From assembly GCA_963778795.1 (NCBI GenBank), contig CAVZVU010000006.1, forward strand, positions 712,249 to 776,248: a stretch of 64,000 nt of DNA. Reading direction: 5' to 3'. A program made the position numbers and the translations under genes. The DNA comes from an uncultured Pseudomonadota bacterium. GTDB lineage: Bacteria; Myxococcota_A; Polyangia; Fen-1088. Within the stretch, counting starts at the first letter, position 1, and every line of letters begins with the position of its first letter. The notes under the pieces are model-generated. The model worked only from the letters and a program-made list of their open reading frames with translations. It did not search any database and was not told the DNA's origin. This document shows, piece after piece, positions 28,640-38,295 of this stretch.

Positions 28640-30787
28640 GTGAACAGGCATCGACTGAGTTCGCTCGGCGCCAAGCTCGCGGGCGCGACGGTCGTGCTGA
28701 TCGCGATTGTCACCGCGGCGATCTATTTCAGCCTCAGCCGGCAGGAGCGCGAGACGCTGCTGGGTGCGAAAGAGGCCAGCGCCAGCGCGGTCACGCGTCT
28801 GTTCGCCGACTCGTGCGCGCCGGCCGTGGTGTTCGAGGATCAGCTGGATCTGCGGCAGAATCTGACCACGCTGGCGCGCAACCAGGACGTCGAGTACGCG
28901 GCGATCTGGAAGGTCGACCGCGCCGGGCGGGTGACGGATCGTCTGGCCGAGCTGGCGCGCGGCCGATCCGAGACCACGCCGGGGGTGCCGGCCAACATCC
29001 AGATCCGGCGTGATCGCGACCGCGTGGTGCCGGTGGCGCCGGTGCGCGACGTCAAGGGCGAGCTCGTGGGGGTGGTCGCGGTCGCCTTCTCGCTCTCCCC
29101 CGAGAACGCCGCGATCTCGCGCCTCGAGCGCAGCACGCTCTTGATCTCGGTGGCGCTGGCAGCCGGTCTCTCGATTCTGCTGGTGGTGCTGGCGCGCCTG
29201 CTGGTCGTCGGTCCGCTGGCCACGCTGGTGCGCGCCGCCAAGCGGCTGGAGGAGGGGAGCCCGGTCCAGATTGACGTGCAGACGCGCGACGAGATGGGAC
29301 AGCTGGCGGGCGCGTTTCGTTCGATGGCAGAGGCGATCCGTGTGCGCGAAGATCGCATCAACGCGCGCAACGGGCAGATGCGCCTGGTGCTCGACAACGT
29401 CGGGCAGGGGTTCATCTCGCTGGATCTCTCCGGCGCCGTGTCGGAAGAGCGCTCGCGCGTCGTCGATGAATGGTTTGGCTCTCTCGACGGCTCTCCCAAG
29501 CTCTGGGACTGCCTCGCCCGCCTCGACCCCGACGTCGGCCAGTACTTCGAGGTCGCCTGGTCGGCCGTCGTCGAGCAGATCCTGCCGATGGAGCTGCTGT
29601 TCGAGCAGCTGCCGAAGATTGTGCGCAAGGGCGAGCTGACCCTGCAGCTGACCTACCGCCCGATCTTCAACCACGGCGCGCTGGGCAACACCGTCGTCGT
29701 CATCACCGACATCACGCACCGCCTGGAACGCGAGCGGTCGGAGCAGCGCCAGCGCGAGATGCTGAGCGTCCATCGCCGTCTCACCGCCGATCGCCCCGCG
29801 TTCGACGAGTTTTTCCGCGAGGCCACGCGATTGGTGCAATCGATCTGCGGTGCCGGGGCAGTCGAGGCGTCGCTGCTGCGCCGTCAGGTTCACACTCTCA
29901 AGGGCAACAGCGCGCTGTTCGGGCTCGAGAGCGTGGCCGCGCTCTGCCACACCGTCGAGGACCACCTCGGCGAGGTCGGCGAGCTCGACGATACCGATCG
30001 GAAGCGGCTGGCCGAGGCCTGGGACAGCGTGACCGCGATGCGCCAGCAGCTGGCCGACACCGGCGCCGATGACGAGGTCCGGGTCGCGCGCGCCGACTAT
30101 CTGACCGTGATCGGCGAGCTTCGCCAGCAGGGCGGCCAGGAGCGCCTGGTGCGTGCGCTGGAGTCGTGGGAGTTCGAGCCGGCGGCAAAGCGCCTCGAGC
30201 TGATCGCCGAGCAGATCGAGAGCACGGCGCGCCGCCTCGGCCGAGCGGCGGTCGACGTCGTCCGCGCGCCGACCGCGCTGCGTTTGCCCCCGCACCGCTG
30301 GGGGCCGTTCTGGTCAGCGTTCGCGCACCTGATTCGCAACACCGTCGACCACGGCGTCGAGACGGCCGCCCAGCGCGAAGCCCGTGGGGTTTCCCCGCGA
30401 GCTACCGTTCGCCTGGAGATCCGCGAGAGCGGGACGGACGTGCTGGTCGCCATCGAGGACGACGGCCCCGGGATCGATTGGGCCGTCATCGCCGCGCGGG
30501 CGCGCGCGCTAGGTTTGCCACACGCCACGCCGGAAGAGGTTGAGCGGTCACTGTTCGCCGACGGCGTCTCGTCGCGCGCGGAGGCGACCGCGACCTCGGG
30601 ACGGGGGGTCGGTTTGGGCGTCGTGGTCGCCACCGTTCGCGATCTCGGCGGGCGTGTCGAGGTATGCAGCGAGGCCGGCCGGGGAACGTCTTTCTTCTGC
30701 TGGCTGCCGAACATGTTGAGCGCTGATCGCGCGCAGGCTCAACCAGGTGAGCCGGTTGTGCCCCTTGCAGAACAGTGGCAGCAGTGA
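28640..30787 (+). CDS. Membrane CheA-like kinase (TM-HAMP-PAS-Hpt-HATPase), no CheW domain
   Basis: Two TMs; HAMP 'RDEMGQLAGAF'; Hpt 'RRQVHTLKGNS'; 'HLIRNTVDHG', 'EDDGPGID', 'SGRGVGL'. Confidence 0.85.
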   Translation: MNRHRLSSLGAKLAGATVVLIAIVTAAIYFSLSRQERETLLGAKEASASAVTRLFADSCAPAVVFEDQLDLRQNLTTLARNQDVEYAAIWKVDRAGRVTDRLAELARGRSETTPGVPANIQIRRDRDRVVPVAPVRDVKGELVGVVAVAFSLSPENAAISRLERSTLLISVALAAGLSILLVVLARLLVVGPLATLVRAAKRLEEGSPVQIDVQTRDEMGQLAGAFRSMAEAIRVREDRINARNGQMRLVLDNVGQGFISLDLSGAVSEERSRVVDEWFGSLDGSPKLWDCLARLDPDVGQYFEVAWSAVVEQILPMELLFEQLPKIVRKGELTLQLTYRPIFNHGALGNTVVVITDITHRLERERSEQRQREMLSVHRRLTADRPAFDEFFREATRLVQSICGAGAVEASLLRRQVHTLKGNSALFGLESVAALCHTVEDHLGEVGELDDTDRKRLAEAWDSVTAMRQQLADTGADDEVRVARADYLTVIGELRQQGGQERLVRALESWEFEPAAKRLELIAEQIESTARRLGRAAVDVVRAPTALRLPPHRWGPFWSAFAHLIRNTVDHGVETAAQREARGVSPRATVRLEIRESGTDVLVAIEDDGPGIDWAVIAARARALGLPHATPEEVERSLFADGVSSRAEATATSGRGVGLGVVVATVRDLGGRVEVCSEAGRGTSFFCWLPNMLSADRAQAQPGEPVVPLAEQWQQ

Positions 30788-30834
30788 CAGCGCCCCGCGT
30801 GATACCTCCCCGGGGAACATAGGGCCCGGCGACG

Positions 30835-31176
30835 CTACGAGATGTTCGCCAGCGTGACCTGCCAGCCGCTGTCGGACTTCTTGAAATGAACCGTGCCGCG
30901 ACGGTGGAACGTTCCGAGCCCGGCGATGTCCTCGTCGAATCGGATCGTGGTCTCCGCCGAACCCGCGGCGGCGTTCGGGGTGAACGCCTCACACCTCACG
31001 TTGCTGATGGCCGGGTGGCCTTCGGTGATGTGCTCCTTGCTCCAGGTCGGGAGGTAGTTCTCCGCGGCGCGGCAGGCGGCAGGATCGCCGACGTCGGTCT
31101 TGCACCCGACCCCCGTCATCACACCAACCCAACCAACGGCACCCAGGACGATCATTCGAGACACTGTAGTTTTCAT
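30835..31176 (-). CDS. Small lipoprotein
   Basis: 'MKTTV..VMTGVGCK' lipobox-like signal. Confidence 0.6.
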   Translation of the reverse strand: MKTTVSRMIVLGAVGWVGVMTGVGCKTDVGDPAACRAAENYLPTWSKEHITEGHPAISNVRCEAFTPNAAAGSAETTIRFDEDIAGLGTFHRRGTVHFKKSDSGWQVTLANIS

Positions 31177-31272
31177 GCAATCCCCCTTCACACGACCCAC
31201 CACTTGCTGCGGACCGACAATCCGGCCCAACGCGCACTCTGAACCTTGACGGGCCAGCGGGCAAGGTGCCTA

Positions 31273-32793
31273 TCAGGCGCCGCGCGGTAGCGCGAGGGTG
31301 AACGTGGTCCCCGCCTCGGCGCTGCTCGTGCACGTGACGCTGCCGCCGTGCGCCTTGGCCGCCGCGGCCACGATGGGGAGACCGAGACCGGTGCCGCCGC
31401 GATCTGCGCGCGTCGTGAAGAAGCGGTCCCACATTCTCTCGAGGGTCGGTGCCGGAATGGCGGCACCCTGATTGGTCACAATGACACCGACCCCATCTCG
31501 GGACGATGTTTCGACGCGAACCTCGACCCCCGTGCCGGGCGCCGCATGTGCGGATGCGTTGTCGATCAGGTTGCGGACGGCGGCGACGAGGGCACCCCGG
31601 CGCCCGCGCACGACGACACCGTCCATGGGAGCGTGCCAGGACACGACCGCGCGGTCGGCCGCGCCCCCGATCGCCTCGGCCACCACATCGCCCACGTTCA
31701 GCTCGACTGGCGGCGCGTTGTCGGCCTCCAGTCTCGAGAGCTCCAGAAGGCGAGTCACCAGGCGATCGAGACGCTGCGTGTCGGAGAGCATGTTGCTGAG
31801 GAACCGCCGGCGCGTCGCCGGATCGTCACCGGCGCCTTCGAGCAGCAGCTCGGCGGCGCCGCGGAGACCCGTGAGCGGCGACTTGAACTCGTGGCTGATG
31901 TCGGCGGCGAGGGCGGCGCTCTCGGCCGCTCGCGCGTCGAGCCGCCGCGCCATCTCATCGAGTGCGCGAGAGAGGTCGCCGATCTCGTCACGCCGATCGA
32001 GGCGCAGGCTTTCGCCGCGGGCGCCAGCGGCGACGCTCTTCGCGGTTGCCAGCAACTTGCCGAGTGGGCGCGCGATCGTCGCGGCAAGGAAGAGCGAGAT
32101 CACGGTGGTGATGGCGATGATGACGAGGAGGATCTTGATGAGCCCTTGTCGGAGTCGGTGCATGCTCGCCAGCACGGGCACCGTCGAGCGCGTCAGGTAG
32201 ACGGCGCCCGCGACCGTCCCGTCGCGGCGGGTCAGAGGCAATGCCGAGAAGAGAAACACGCGCTCGCCTTCGACGGCGCCCGACAGGTAGCGCGGCCAAT
32301 GCCAGATGCGCGTCGACGCGCCGTAGTGGCCCGCGAGCGCGCTCTTGATCTCCGGGCGATTGGCGACGTCTGGCTCGGGCTCGCGGCGGGCCTCGGGCGG
32401 CGGCGCGCCGCTGAGGCGCAGCCCTGCGAGCGACGGCGCACTCTCGATTCCCTCGGGCGGTCCGTCGGCGTGCGAGTCGGCGACGACCCGGCCTGGCGCC
32501 ACGACCAGGCGGATGCGGGCGCGTGTCTCGCCGGCGATCGTCCTCAGCAGGGACGCGCGAGCTGCCAGCGCGTCGGGACCGGCGTCGATGTCGTCGCGTA
32601 GCGCGGCCCGCAAGACCTCGCCTTGGTGGATCATGTCCTTCTCGACGGCATCCAGCATCTCGCGCTCGTAAAAGCGGGCGAAGGCGAGACCGATGATTGG
32701 AACCGTCACGATGATGACGTTCACCAGCAGCAAGCGCGTGCGGATCCGAAACTGCCATCGCCACAGGCGCGAGAAGAGCTCTTTGAAGGTCAT
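31273..32793 (-). CDS. HAMP sensor histidine kinase (CreC-like)
   Basis: HAMP 'RRDEIGDL'; H-box 'SHEFKSPL'; 'NLIDNA'; 'GGTGLGL'. Confidence 0.9.
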   Translation of the reverse strand: MTFKELFSRLWRWQFRIRTRLLLVNVIIVTVPIIGLAFARFYEREMLDAVEKDMIHQGEVLRAALRDDIDAGPDALAARASLLRTIAGETRARIRLVVAPGRVVADSHADGPPEGIESAPSLAGLRLSGAPPPEARREPEPDVANRPEIKSALAGHYGASTRIWHWPRYLSGAVEGERVFLFSALPLTRRDGTVAGAVYLTRSTVPVLASMHRLRQGLIKILLVIIAITTVISLFLAATIARPLGKLLATAKSVAAGARGESLRLDRRDEIGDLSRALDEMARRLDARAAESAALAADISHEFKSPLTGLRGAAELLLEGAGDDPATRRRFLSNMLSDTQRLDRLVTRLLELSRLEADNAPPVELNVGDVVAEAIGGAADRAVVSWHAPMDGVVVRGRRGALVAAVRNLIDNASAHAAPGTGVEVRVETSSRDGVGVIVTNQGAAIPAPTLERMWDRFFTTRADRGGTGLGLPIVAAAAKAHGGSVTCTSSAEAGTTFTLALPRGA

Positions 32794-33485
32794 GGCGTGG
32801 CGGCCGCGGCGGCCTTGTATCCGAGTCCGTGCACGGTCTCGATCGGATCGACACCGTGGGGCCGAAGCTTGGCGCGAATGCGGCGAACATGCGTGTCGAC
32901 CGTACGCTCCGTGATGTGGTAGTCGGCCTCGCGCACGTGGTCGATGAGCTGCCCGCGCGTCAGGACGCGCCCGCCCGCTTCGAGCAGCGCGCGCAGGATC
33001 CGGAACTCGGTGACGGTCAGGTCGACGCGCGCGCCGTTGACGCTCGCCTCGTGCCGGCCTGTGTCGATGGTCAGCGCGCCATGCGCGAGGTGGGGCGTCG
33101 GCTCCGACTGGTTTTGGGGGCGCGCGCGGCGCAGAACGGCGTTGACGCGCGTGACGAGCTCTCGAGGTCCGAAGGGCTTGGCGAGGTAATCGTCGCCGCC
33201 GAGCTCGAGGCCCAGGACGCGATCGAGCTCCTCGCCCCGAGATGACAGGAACACGATGGGCGGCCCGCCGCTCGCCGTCGCGCGCAGGCGGCGGCAGAGC
33301 GACAGACCGTCGAGACCGGGCATCACGACGTCGAGGACCAGGAGGTCGACGCCGCTCGTTTGAAGGCGCGCCCAGGCGGCGTCGCCGTTCTCTGCGATCT
33401 CGACGGTGTGCCCGTCCTTGACGAGGGCGTACTGGATCACCTCGCGGATGTTCGCTTCATCGTCAACGACGAGGATCCTGGCCAT
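32790..33485 (-). CDS. OmpR-family response regulator (CreB-like)
   Basis: 'ILVVDDE', '[10 protein letters not shown]', 'DDYLAKPF', '[14 protein letters not shown]', 'TVHGLGY'. Confidence 0.95.
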   Translation of the reverse strand: MARILVVDDEANIREVIQYALVKDGHTVEIAENGDAAWARLQTSGVDLLVLDVVMPGLDGLSLCRRLRATASGGPPIVFLSSRGEELDRVLGLELGGDDYLAKPFGPRELVTRVNAVLRRARPQNQSEPTPHLAHGALTIDTGRHEASVNGARVDLTVTEFRILRALLEAGGRVLTRGQLIDHVREADYHITERTVDTHVRRIRAKLRPHGVDPIETVHGLGYKAAAAATP

Positions 33486-33487
33486 GG

Positions 33488-34195
33488 TCAGGCGCCGGTG
33501 AGCCGCAGCGCCGGGCGATCATCTAGCATTTGGCCAAGACCTTCAACCCGCGCGAGCAATTCGCGCAGAAGGTCGCGCGAGCCGTCCTCTGCCGCCCCGA
33601 CGAACCTCACGACCTCGACTTGAATGACGAGCTGTGACAGCAGCTCCTCGATCTCGTCGACCTCGGCCACGAAGCGCGCCCGCAGGTCGCGGAGGCGCTC
33701 GATGTTCTGCACGCGGATCGCGGCGCTCGCCCGAGCCTCGGCCGAGGCGCCCGCGCCTGCGGCCTCTTCCGCCAGCTCGTCATGTCGCGCGATCGCAGCC
33801 GGAAGGTCGAAGGTCGGGCGCGCCAGCACCTCGTCGAGCTCCTCGATCCGCGTCGAGGCCTCGGTGAGCTTGGCGGCGAGGCGGCGCACGCTCTCCGGAT
33901 CTGGCAAGAGCGGAGCGAGCGGCGAGCCCTGTACGCGCGCCAGCGCGGTGAGCAACGAGGACGTCGCGGGGTGCGCGTTCTGGAGCCGCTCCGGGCCGCC
34001 GGCTTCGGCCACCGCCGGGGGGCGCGCTCCAAGCCAGAGCGGCAGCCACAGGGGCCACACGGCGAAGGCGAGCACGAGCTCGCCCCAGTCGCGCCGCCCG
34101 CTGGCAACAGCATGGTGCCGAGCGGCGACGACGCAGACGACGCCGACGCCCGCGTAGAGCGCGAGCAAAGCCGCGGAGAACGCCCCGGCGCTCAT
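33488..34195 (-). CDS. Two-TM protein with coiled-coil C-terminus
   Basis: N-terminal hydrophobic helices then an acidic heptad-rich region; ATGA overlap with the upstream gene. Confidence 0.7.
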   Translation of the reverse strand: MSAGAFSAALLALYAGVGVVCVVAARHHAVASGRRDWGELVLAFAVWPLWLPLWLGARPPAVAEAGGPERLQNAHPATSSLLTALARVQGSPLAPLLPDPESVRRLAAKLTEASTRIEELDEVLARPTFDLPAAIARHDELAEEAAGAGASAEARASAAIRVQNIERLRDLRARFVAEVDEIEELLSQLVIQVEVVRFVGAAEDGSRDLLRELLARVEGLGQMLDDRPALRLTGA

Positions 34196-35007
34196 TGCGA
34201 CCTCGATTGGTAGACGACATCGTCGCGATAGTGACGCTGCGCGGACGAGAGGCTGTCCCCGAGCGCCTCCGAGAACGAGCCCTCGAGAGGGTGCATGAAG
34301 GCGACGCTGCTCGCACGCGGTCGCACCAGGAACGGGCGGAACAGCCAGCTCGCCTGCGCTCCCACGACGCCCATGGTCGCGAGGACGATGAACGCGACGA
34401 GGGTGCGGCCGATCCTCGTCACCGATATCGCTTTCCAAAGAAACCAGAAGCTGACGATGCCCGCGATGCCGCACGAGAGGACGGTGAGCAGAATGAGTCG
34501 GTGGTAGTCGGCTCCCACCGCGTGGGCGGCCCAGATGAGAGGTAGCTCCGCGGCGAGGACGAGCGCGCCGCGGGCCAACGAACCGACGAGCTGCGCCACC
34601 TCGCGGGCCATGTCCGCCGGACGCTCGAGGGCGCGATTGAGTGCGTACAGAAGCGGCGCCCCCACGGCCAGTGTCAAGAGCGTCACGATGGGCAGCTTGA
34701 TCGCCGCGAAAAGGATCTGGATGCCACCTCGGTAGAAGCCGAGCGACGCGCCAAAGACTGCGGTGCACGCGACGAGCACCTGGACGTAGGTGCGCGTACG
34801 CGCCGCGAGCCCCGTCCGGTTCTCGATGGCCGCGCGCACCTCGGCCGGACTCTTGAGGAGCTGGTCAATGTGGATCGCGACGGTGTCCGCGCCGGTCGCA
34901 GAACCGGCAAGACCGGTCGGATCGGTCGGATCGGTCGGATCGGTCGGATCGGTGGGCCCGATGCCGTCAGCGTGGAAGGGAGCCGATTGCAATGAGAAGG
35001 TCGACAT
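34192..35007 (-). CDS. Multi-TM membrane protein (Yip1-like topology)
   Basis: About 5 TM helices; 'AAIKLP', 'WLFRPFL'. Confidence 0.7.
   Translation of the reverse strand: MSTFSLQSAPFHADGIGPTDPTDPTDPTDPTGLAGSATGADTVAIHIDQLLKSPAEVRAAIENRTGLAARTRTYVQVLVACTAVFGASLGFYRGGIQILFAAIKLPIVTLLTLAVGAPLLYALNRALERPADMAREVAQLVGSLARGALVLAAELPLIWAAHAVGADYHRLILLTVLSCGIAGIVSFWFLWKAISVTRIGRTLVAFIVLATMGVVGAQASWLFRPFLVRPRASSVAFMHPLEGSFSEALGDSLSSAQRHYRDDVVYQSRSQ
34917..34952. repeat. 9-bp tandem repeat TCGGATCGG x4 (PTD repeats)
   Basis: Read directly; in-frame unit. Confidence 0.9.
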
Positions 35008-35010
35008 GGG

Positions 35011-35532
35011 TCACACAGCCTTTCCAGAGAGAACGGGCAACACGAATTGGCCGACCAGGCGGCAGCCGACGATGGCGGAAGCGACGAGCCATGGCAGGAG
35101 AACCGCTGCTGCGTGCGTTCGCGACGCACCCGGTTGCAGCGCGCGCCAGAGTCGCACGGCGCCTACCAGCAGCCCGCCCAAGAACGCGGACAGTCCGAAG
35201 GCAAGGGCATGATCGCGATAGGAGACGGTCGCCGCCAGCAGCAGGACGGCTGGCGCGAACCCAACATGCACTCGTCCCGCCGCGGTGAGCGCGTCGGCAA
35301 AGGCGCGGCGCACCTGGTCGAGCGAACCCTTGGCGCCCGTGAGGCCCCAGAGCAGGTAGAGCGCCGGACCCATGATCACGGCAGTCGCCAATAGCGCCGC
35401 GAGCAGGCTGGGACCGAGCCGCAAGGTCGGGCCGAAGCCGAAGCGCAGACCCGGCAATGCGCCGAGCAGCAGCGGGCCACCGAGAGCCCAGTAGGTTCGA
35501 GGTCTGGACAGAGAGAGCGTCGTTTGTGACAT
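35011..35532 (-). CDS. Multi-TM membrane protein, first gene of the CreBC-like operon
   Basis: Hydrophobic ORF with RBS-like GGAG; 3-nt gap to the next gene. Confidence 0.65.
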   Translation of the reverse strand: MSQTTLSLSRPRTYWALGGPLLLGALPGLRFGFGPTLRLGPSLLAALLATAVIMGPALYLLWGLTGAKGSLDQVRRAFADALTAAGRVHVGFAPAVLLLAATVSYRDHALAFGLSAFLGGLLVGAVRLWRALQPGASRTHAAAVLLPWLVASAIVGCRLVGQFVLPVLSGKAV

Positions 35533-35713
35533 CGGGAGCTCCTTTCGAGGTGAGCCCAGGATGGCGTGCCGAAGCGACGGCACGGCGGCGCGGATAGGGA
35601 GACAAGTCGGAGAACTTGTGACGAAATTGTGGCAGCGAAGCTGGATCGAAAAGTCCTGGAAGAAGTCCACCTCAATCCGTCTTTGGATCAACGATCGAAA
35701 GGGGGATTGGGAC

Positions 35714-37069
35714 ATGAAACCGTCGCAACGGGTGTGGGCGCTGTTGGTTTGTTGCTTGTGGATGTTTGGCCGCACGAGCGAGGCAGAAGGGGTGAAACGC
35801 GACCTCGGACACGAGGTGCTGGCCGCCAATGACGGTTGGGCGTCGCTGGGGGCGGGCACGACCGGAGGCTCCCTGGCCCCGCCCGAGCAGACCTACGTCG
35901 CCACCAGCCGTGCCGAGCTTCTGGCTGCGCTCAACGACGGCAACCCGGTGACTGTCGCTCCGCCGATCCCGTCCAGCGCGCCCAAGATCATCTACGTCAC
36001 GGGTAGCATCGACTTCAACGTCGACGATGCGGGGCAACCGCTGACCTGCACCGACTACTATCGCAACGGGTATTCCCTCGAGGCCTTTCTCGCGGCGTAT
36101 GACCCGACGGTGTGGGGTCGGGCCACGCCAAGCGGACCGCTGGAGACCGCTCGCCTGGCTTCAATGCAGGCACAGCAGGCCCGGGTGCGGATGCGCGTTG
36201 GTTCCAACACAACAATCGTCGGGCTCGGGGGCAGGGCGCGACTTCGCGGCGTGTGGCTCGATATTCGGGGCACGACCGCGGCTAACGCCACCAACATCAT
36301 CGTCCGCAACCTGACCTTCGAGGATAGCTACGACTGCTTTCCGGCATGGGCGCCGACCGACGGCGTCCTGGGGTCGTGGAACGCCCTCTACGACGCCGTG
36401 TCCCTGAGAAACGCCGACCATGTCTGGATCGATCACAACGCCTTCGCCGACCGCGACACCGCTGATGAGAAGGAGCCAAACTATTTTGGCGTGCTGTATC
36501 AGGTGCACGACGGCGAGGTCGATATCACCAACGCCTCCGATCTGGTCACGGTGTCCTGGAACCGCTTCGAGCACCACGACAAGGTCATGCTCATCGGGTC
36601 ATCGGACAGCGCCGTCGCGGATCGGGGCAAGCTCCGCGTCTCGCTGCACCACAACCTGTTCGCCGACGTCGTTCAGCGTGGTCCGCGGGTTCGGTTCGGC
36701 CAGGTGCACATCTACAACAACTACTACGAGATCACCGATGCCAGCGCCTACCAGTACAGCTGGGGCGTCGGAGTCGAGTCGGCCATCTACGCCGAGAACA
36801 ACGCCTTCCGGATGCCGGCGGACGTCAGCCTCGATCGCGTGATCTCGCGCCTCAACGGCAGCACCATCTTCGCGACCGGCACACTGGTGAAGAGGGATGG
36901 CTGCGGCTGGCAAGCGGCCGACCCGATCCAGGATTGGAACAACCTGAACGACCCCGACCTCTCGACCGCCGTGGGTTGGACCCCCACCCTTTCGCTGGCC
37001 GTCGAGCCCACCGACCGAGTTCCGTGGGAGGTCAGGCGCGGCGCCGGGCCCTTTGAATGCAACCACTGA
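35714..37069 (+). CDS. pel: Secreted pectate lyase (PL1)
   Basis: 'ANDGWAS', 'NIIVRNLTF', 'HVWIDH', 'HDGEVD', 'VTVSWN', 'MLIGSSD', 'RGPRVRFG.VHIYNN'. Confidence 0.9.
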   Translation: MKPSQRVWALLVCCLWMFGRTSEAEGVKRDLGHEVLAANDGWASLGAGTTGGSLAPPEQTYVATSRAELLAALNDGNPVTVAPPIPSSAPKIIYVTGSIDFNVDDAGQPLTCTDYYRNGYSLEAFLAAYDPTVWGRATPSGPLETARLASMQAQQARVRMRVGSNTTIVGLGGRARLRGVWLDIRGTTAANATNIIVRNLTFEDSYDCFPAWAPTDGVLGSWNALYDAVSLRNADHVWIDHNAFADRDTADEKEPNYFGVLYQVHDGEVDITNASDLVTVSWNRFEHHDKVMLIGSSDSAVADRGKLRVSLHHNLFADVVQRGPRVRFGQVHIYNNYYEITDASAYQYSWGVGVESAIYAENNAFRMPADVSLDRVISRLNGSTIFATGTLVKRDGCGWQAADPIQDWNNLNDPDLSTAVGWTPTLSLAVEPTDRVPWEVRRGAGPFECNH

Positions 37070-37089
37070 GGCCCGAGCTTGTCGTCTGG

Positions 37090-37269
37090 GTCGCGGCCGG
37101 CATCGACATCGATTACGAGGGCGCATCGGGGCCCGTCGACTTCGACGACGGCGAGGTCAAGGCGAACATCGCGCTCTACGAGATCCAGAAGGTCGGTGGA
37201 GAGCTCCAGTTTGTCGAGACGCAGGTCTACGACTGCATCAGCGATCCCGACTGTCCTCTCAAGAACTAG
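37090..37269 (+). pseudogene. C-terminal fragment of an ABC substrate-binding (LivK-like) protein
   Basis: 'AAGIDIDYEGASGPVDFD' is typical of the C-terminus of these proteins; the rest is absent. Confidence 0.5.
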
Positions 37270-37296
37270 CGTGACTTTCGGCAAGGCCGCACGCCC

Positions 37297-38099
37297 CTAC
37301 AAGAGCGAGAACGGATACGTGATCACCTGGCTCATGTTCGACGCCGGGAACCGCAGGCCGCCCACGACGCCCTTGATGCAGCCGGTGAGCCCGCCCTTGT
37401 GCAAGATGACGGGCGCCTCGACCTGCACGCCCTTCACGGCGCCCGTGCGCTGGATGCGGAACCTCACGGTGACGCGGCCCGGGACGAAGGTGTACGCGTC
37501 GGGATGCGCGCGCGTGACGCAACCGATCACGGCGGCCTCCTTCGTGCGGAAGCGCGCGTCGATCTCGTCCTGCGACAGCTCGCGCCCGCCGGCGTCCTTC
37601 GAGAAGTCGAGGCGTCACGGCCTCGGGCCGCGACAGATCCTCGCCCTGCCATACGATCTTGAGGTCGGCGGCGCGCAGCTTGACGGGTTCGGGCTCGTCG
37701 ATGGGCTGACGCCGCACCGCCGCTCGGGGCCGGCGCCGGTGATGAGGGTGCGCCGAACACCTCCGAGGGCGGCGCCTCGGTCGTCGAGGAGCCGCCCGGC
37801 GCAAGCGGGGCGCGGTCTTCGGGGGGCGGCAGCTGCGGCTGCGGCGGCGGCTGGGCGACGGCCGGGGACGTGTCCTCGCCCATCGGCGCTTCGCCCGACG
37901 GCGCCGCCGCGACGACGACCTCGTTGCGCGCGAGGCGCCGCACGCCGCGCCGCCGGCGTCGCCGCTCCTTGCCGTGCTTGGCGGGCTCACCGGCGGAAGC
38001 GACGACCGGCGCGCTAGGCGCCTGGAGGGACTGCCGCCAGTAGAGGACGCCGGCGAGGCCCGCGGCGGCGAGGACGAGCAGCAGCAAGAATCCCTTCAA
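37297..38099 (-). CDS. Membrane-anchored Pro-rich protein with AgmX/PglI (TonB-C-like) C-terminal domain; two frameshifts (about 37715 and 37612)
   Basis: N-terminal TM; 'VTVRFRIQRTGAV..CIKGVVGGLRFP..ITYPF' reconstructed across ORFs 37527, 37259 and 37297. Confidence 0.65.
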
Positions 38100-38295
38100 T
38101 GTCCTGGGCCCAGCCTACCGGAGGCGATTGAGCAAAGCGAGGAGGTGGCGACACTGCCCGCTCGCCTTCAGGCGACGTCTTGAGAGGGCCTCCGCAGGTG
38201 GCGACAAGGCGAAGATGAGCTTGGCTGCGTCGGCGGCGTCGTGGACTCGAAGGCGGGCGCCGTTTCATTCCACCAGCGGTACGGCGCGAGCTTGA

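Noticed and set aside
28640-30787. Bona fide chemotaxis cheA
   Set aside because: No CheW domain, membrane-anchored with HAMP, and no che or mcp genes nearby.
38143-38206. Direct repeat AGGTGGCGACA x2
   Set aside because: Only 11 bp and two copies in GC-rich DNA; no supporting context.
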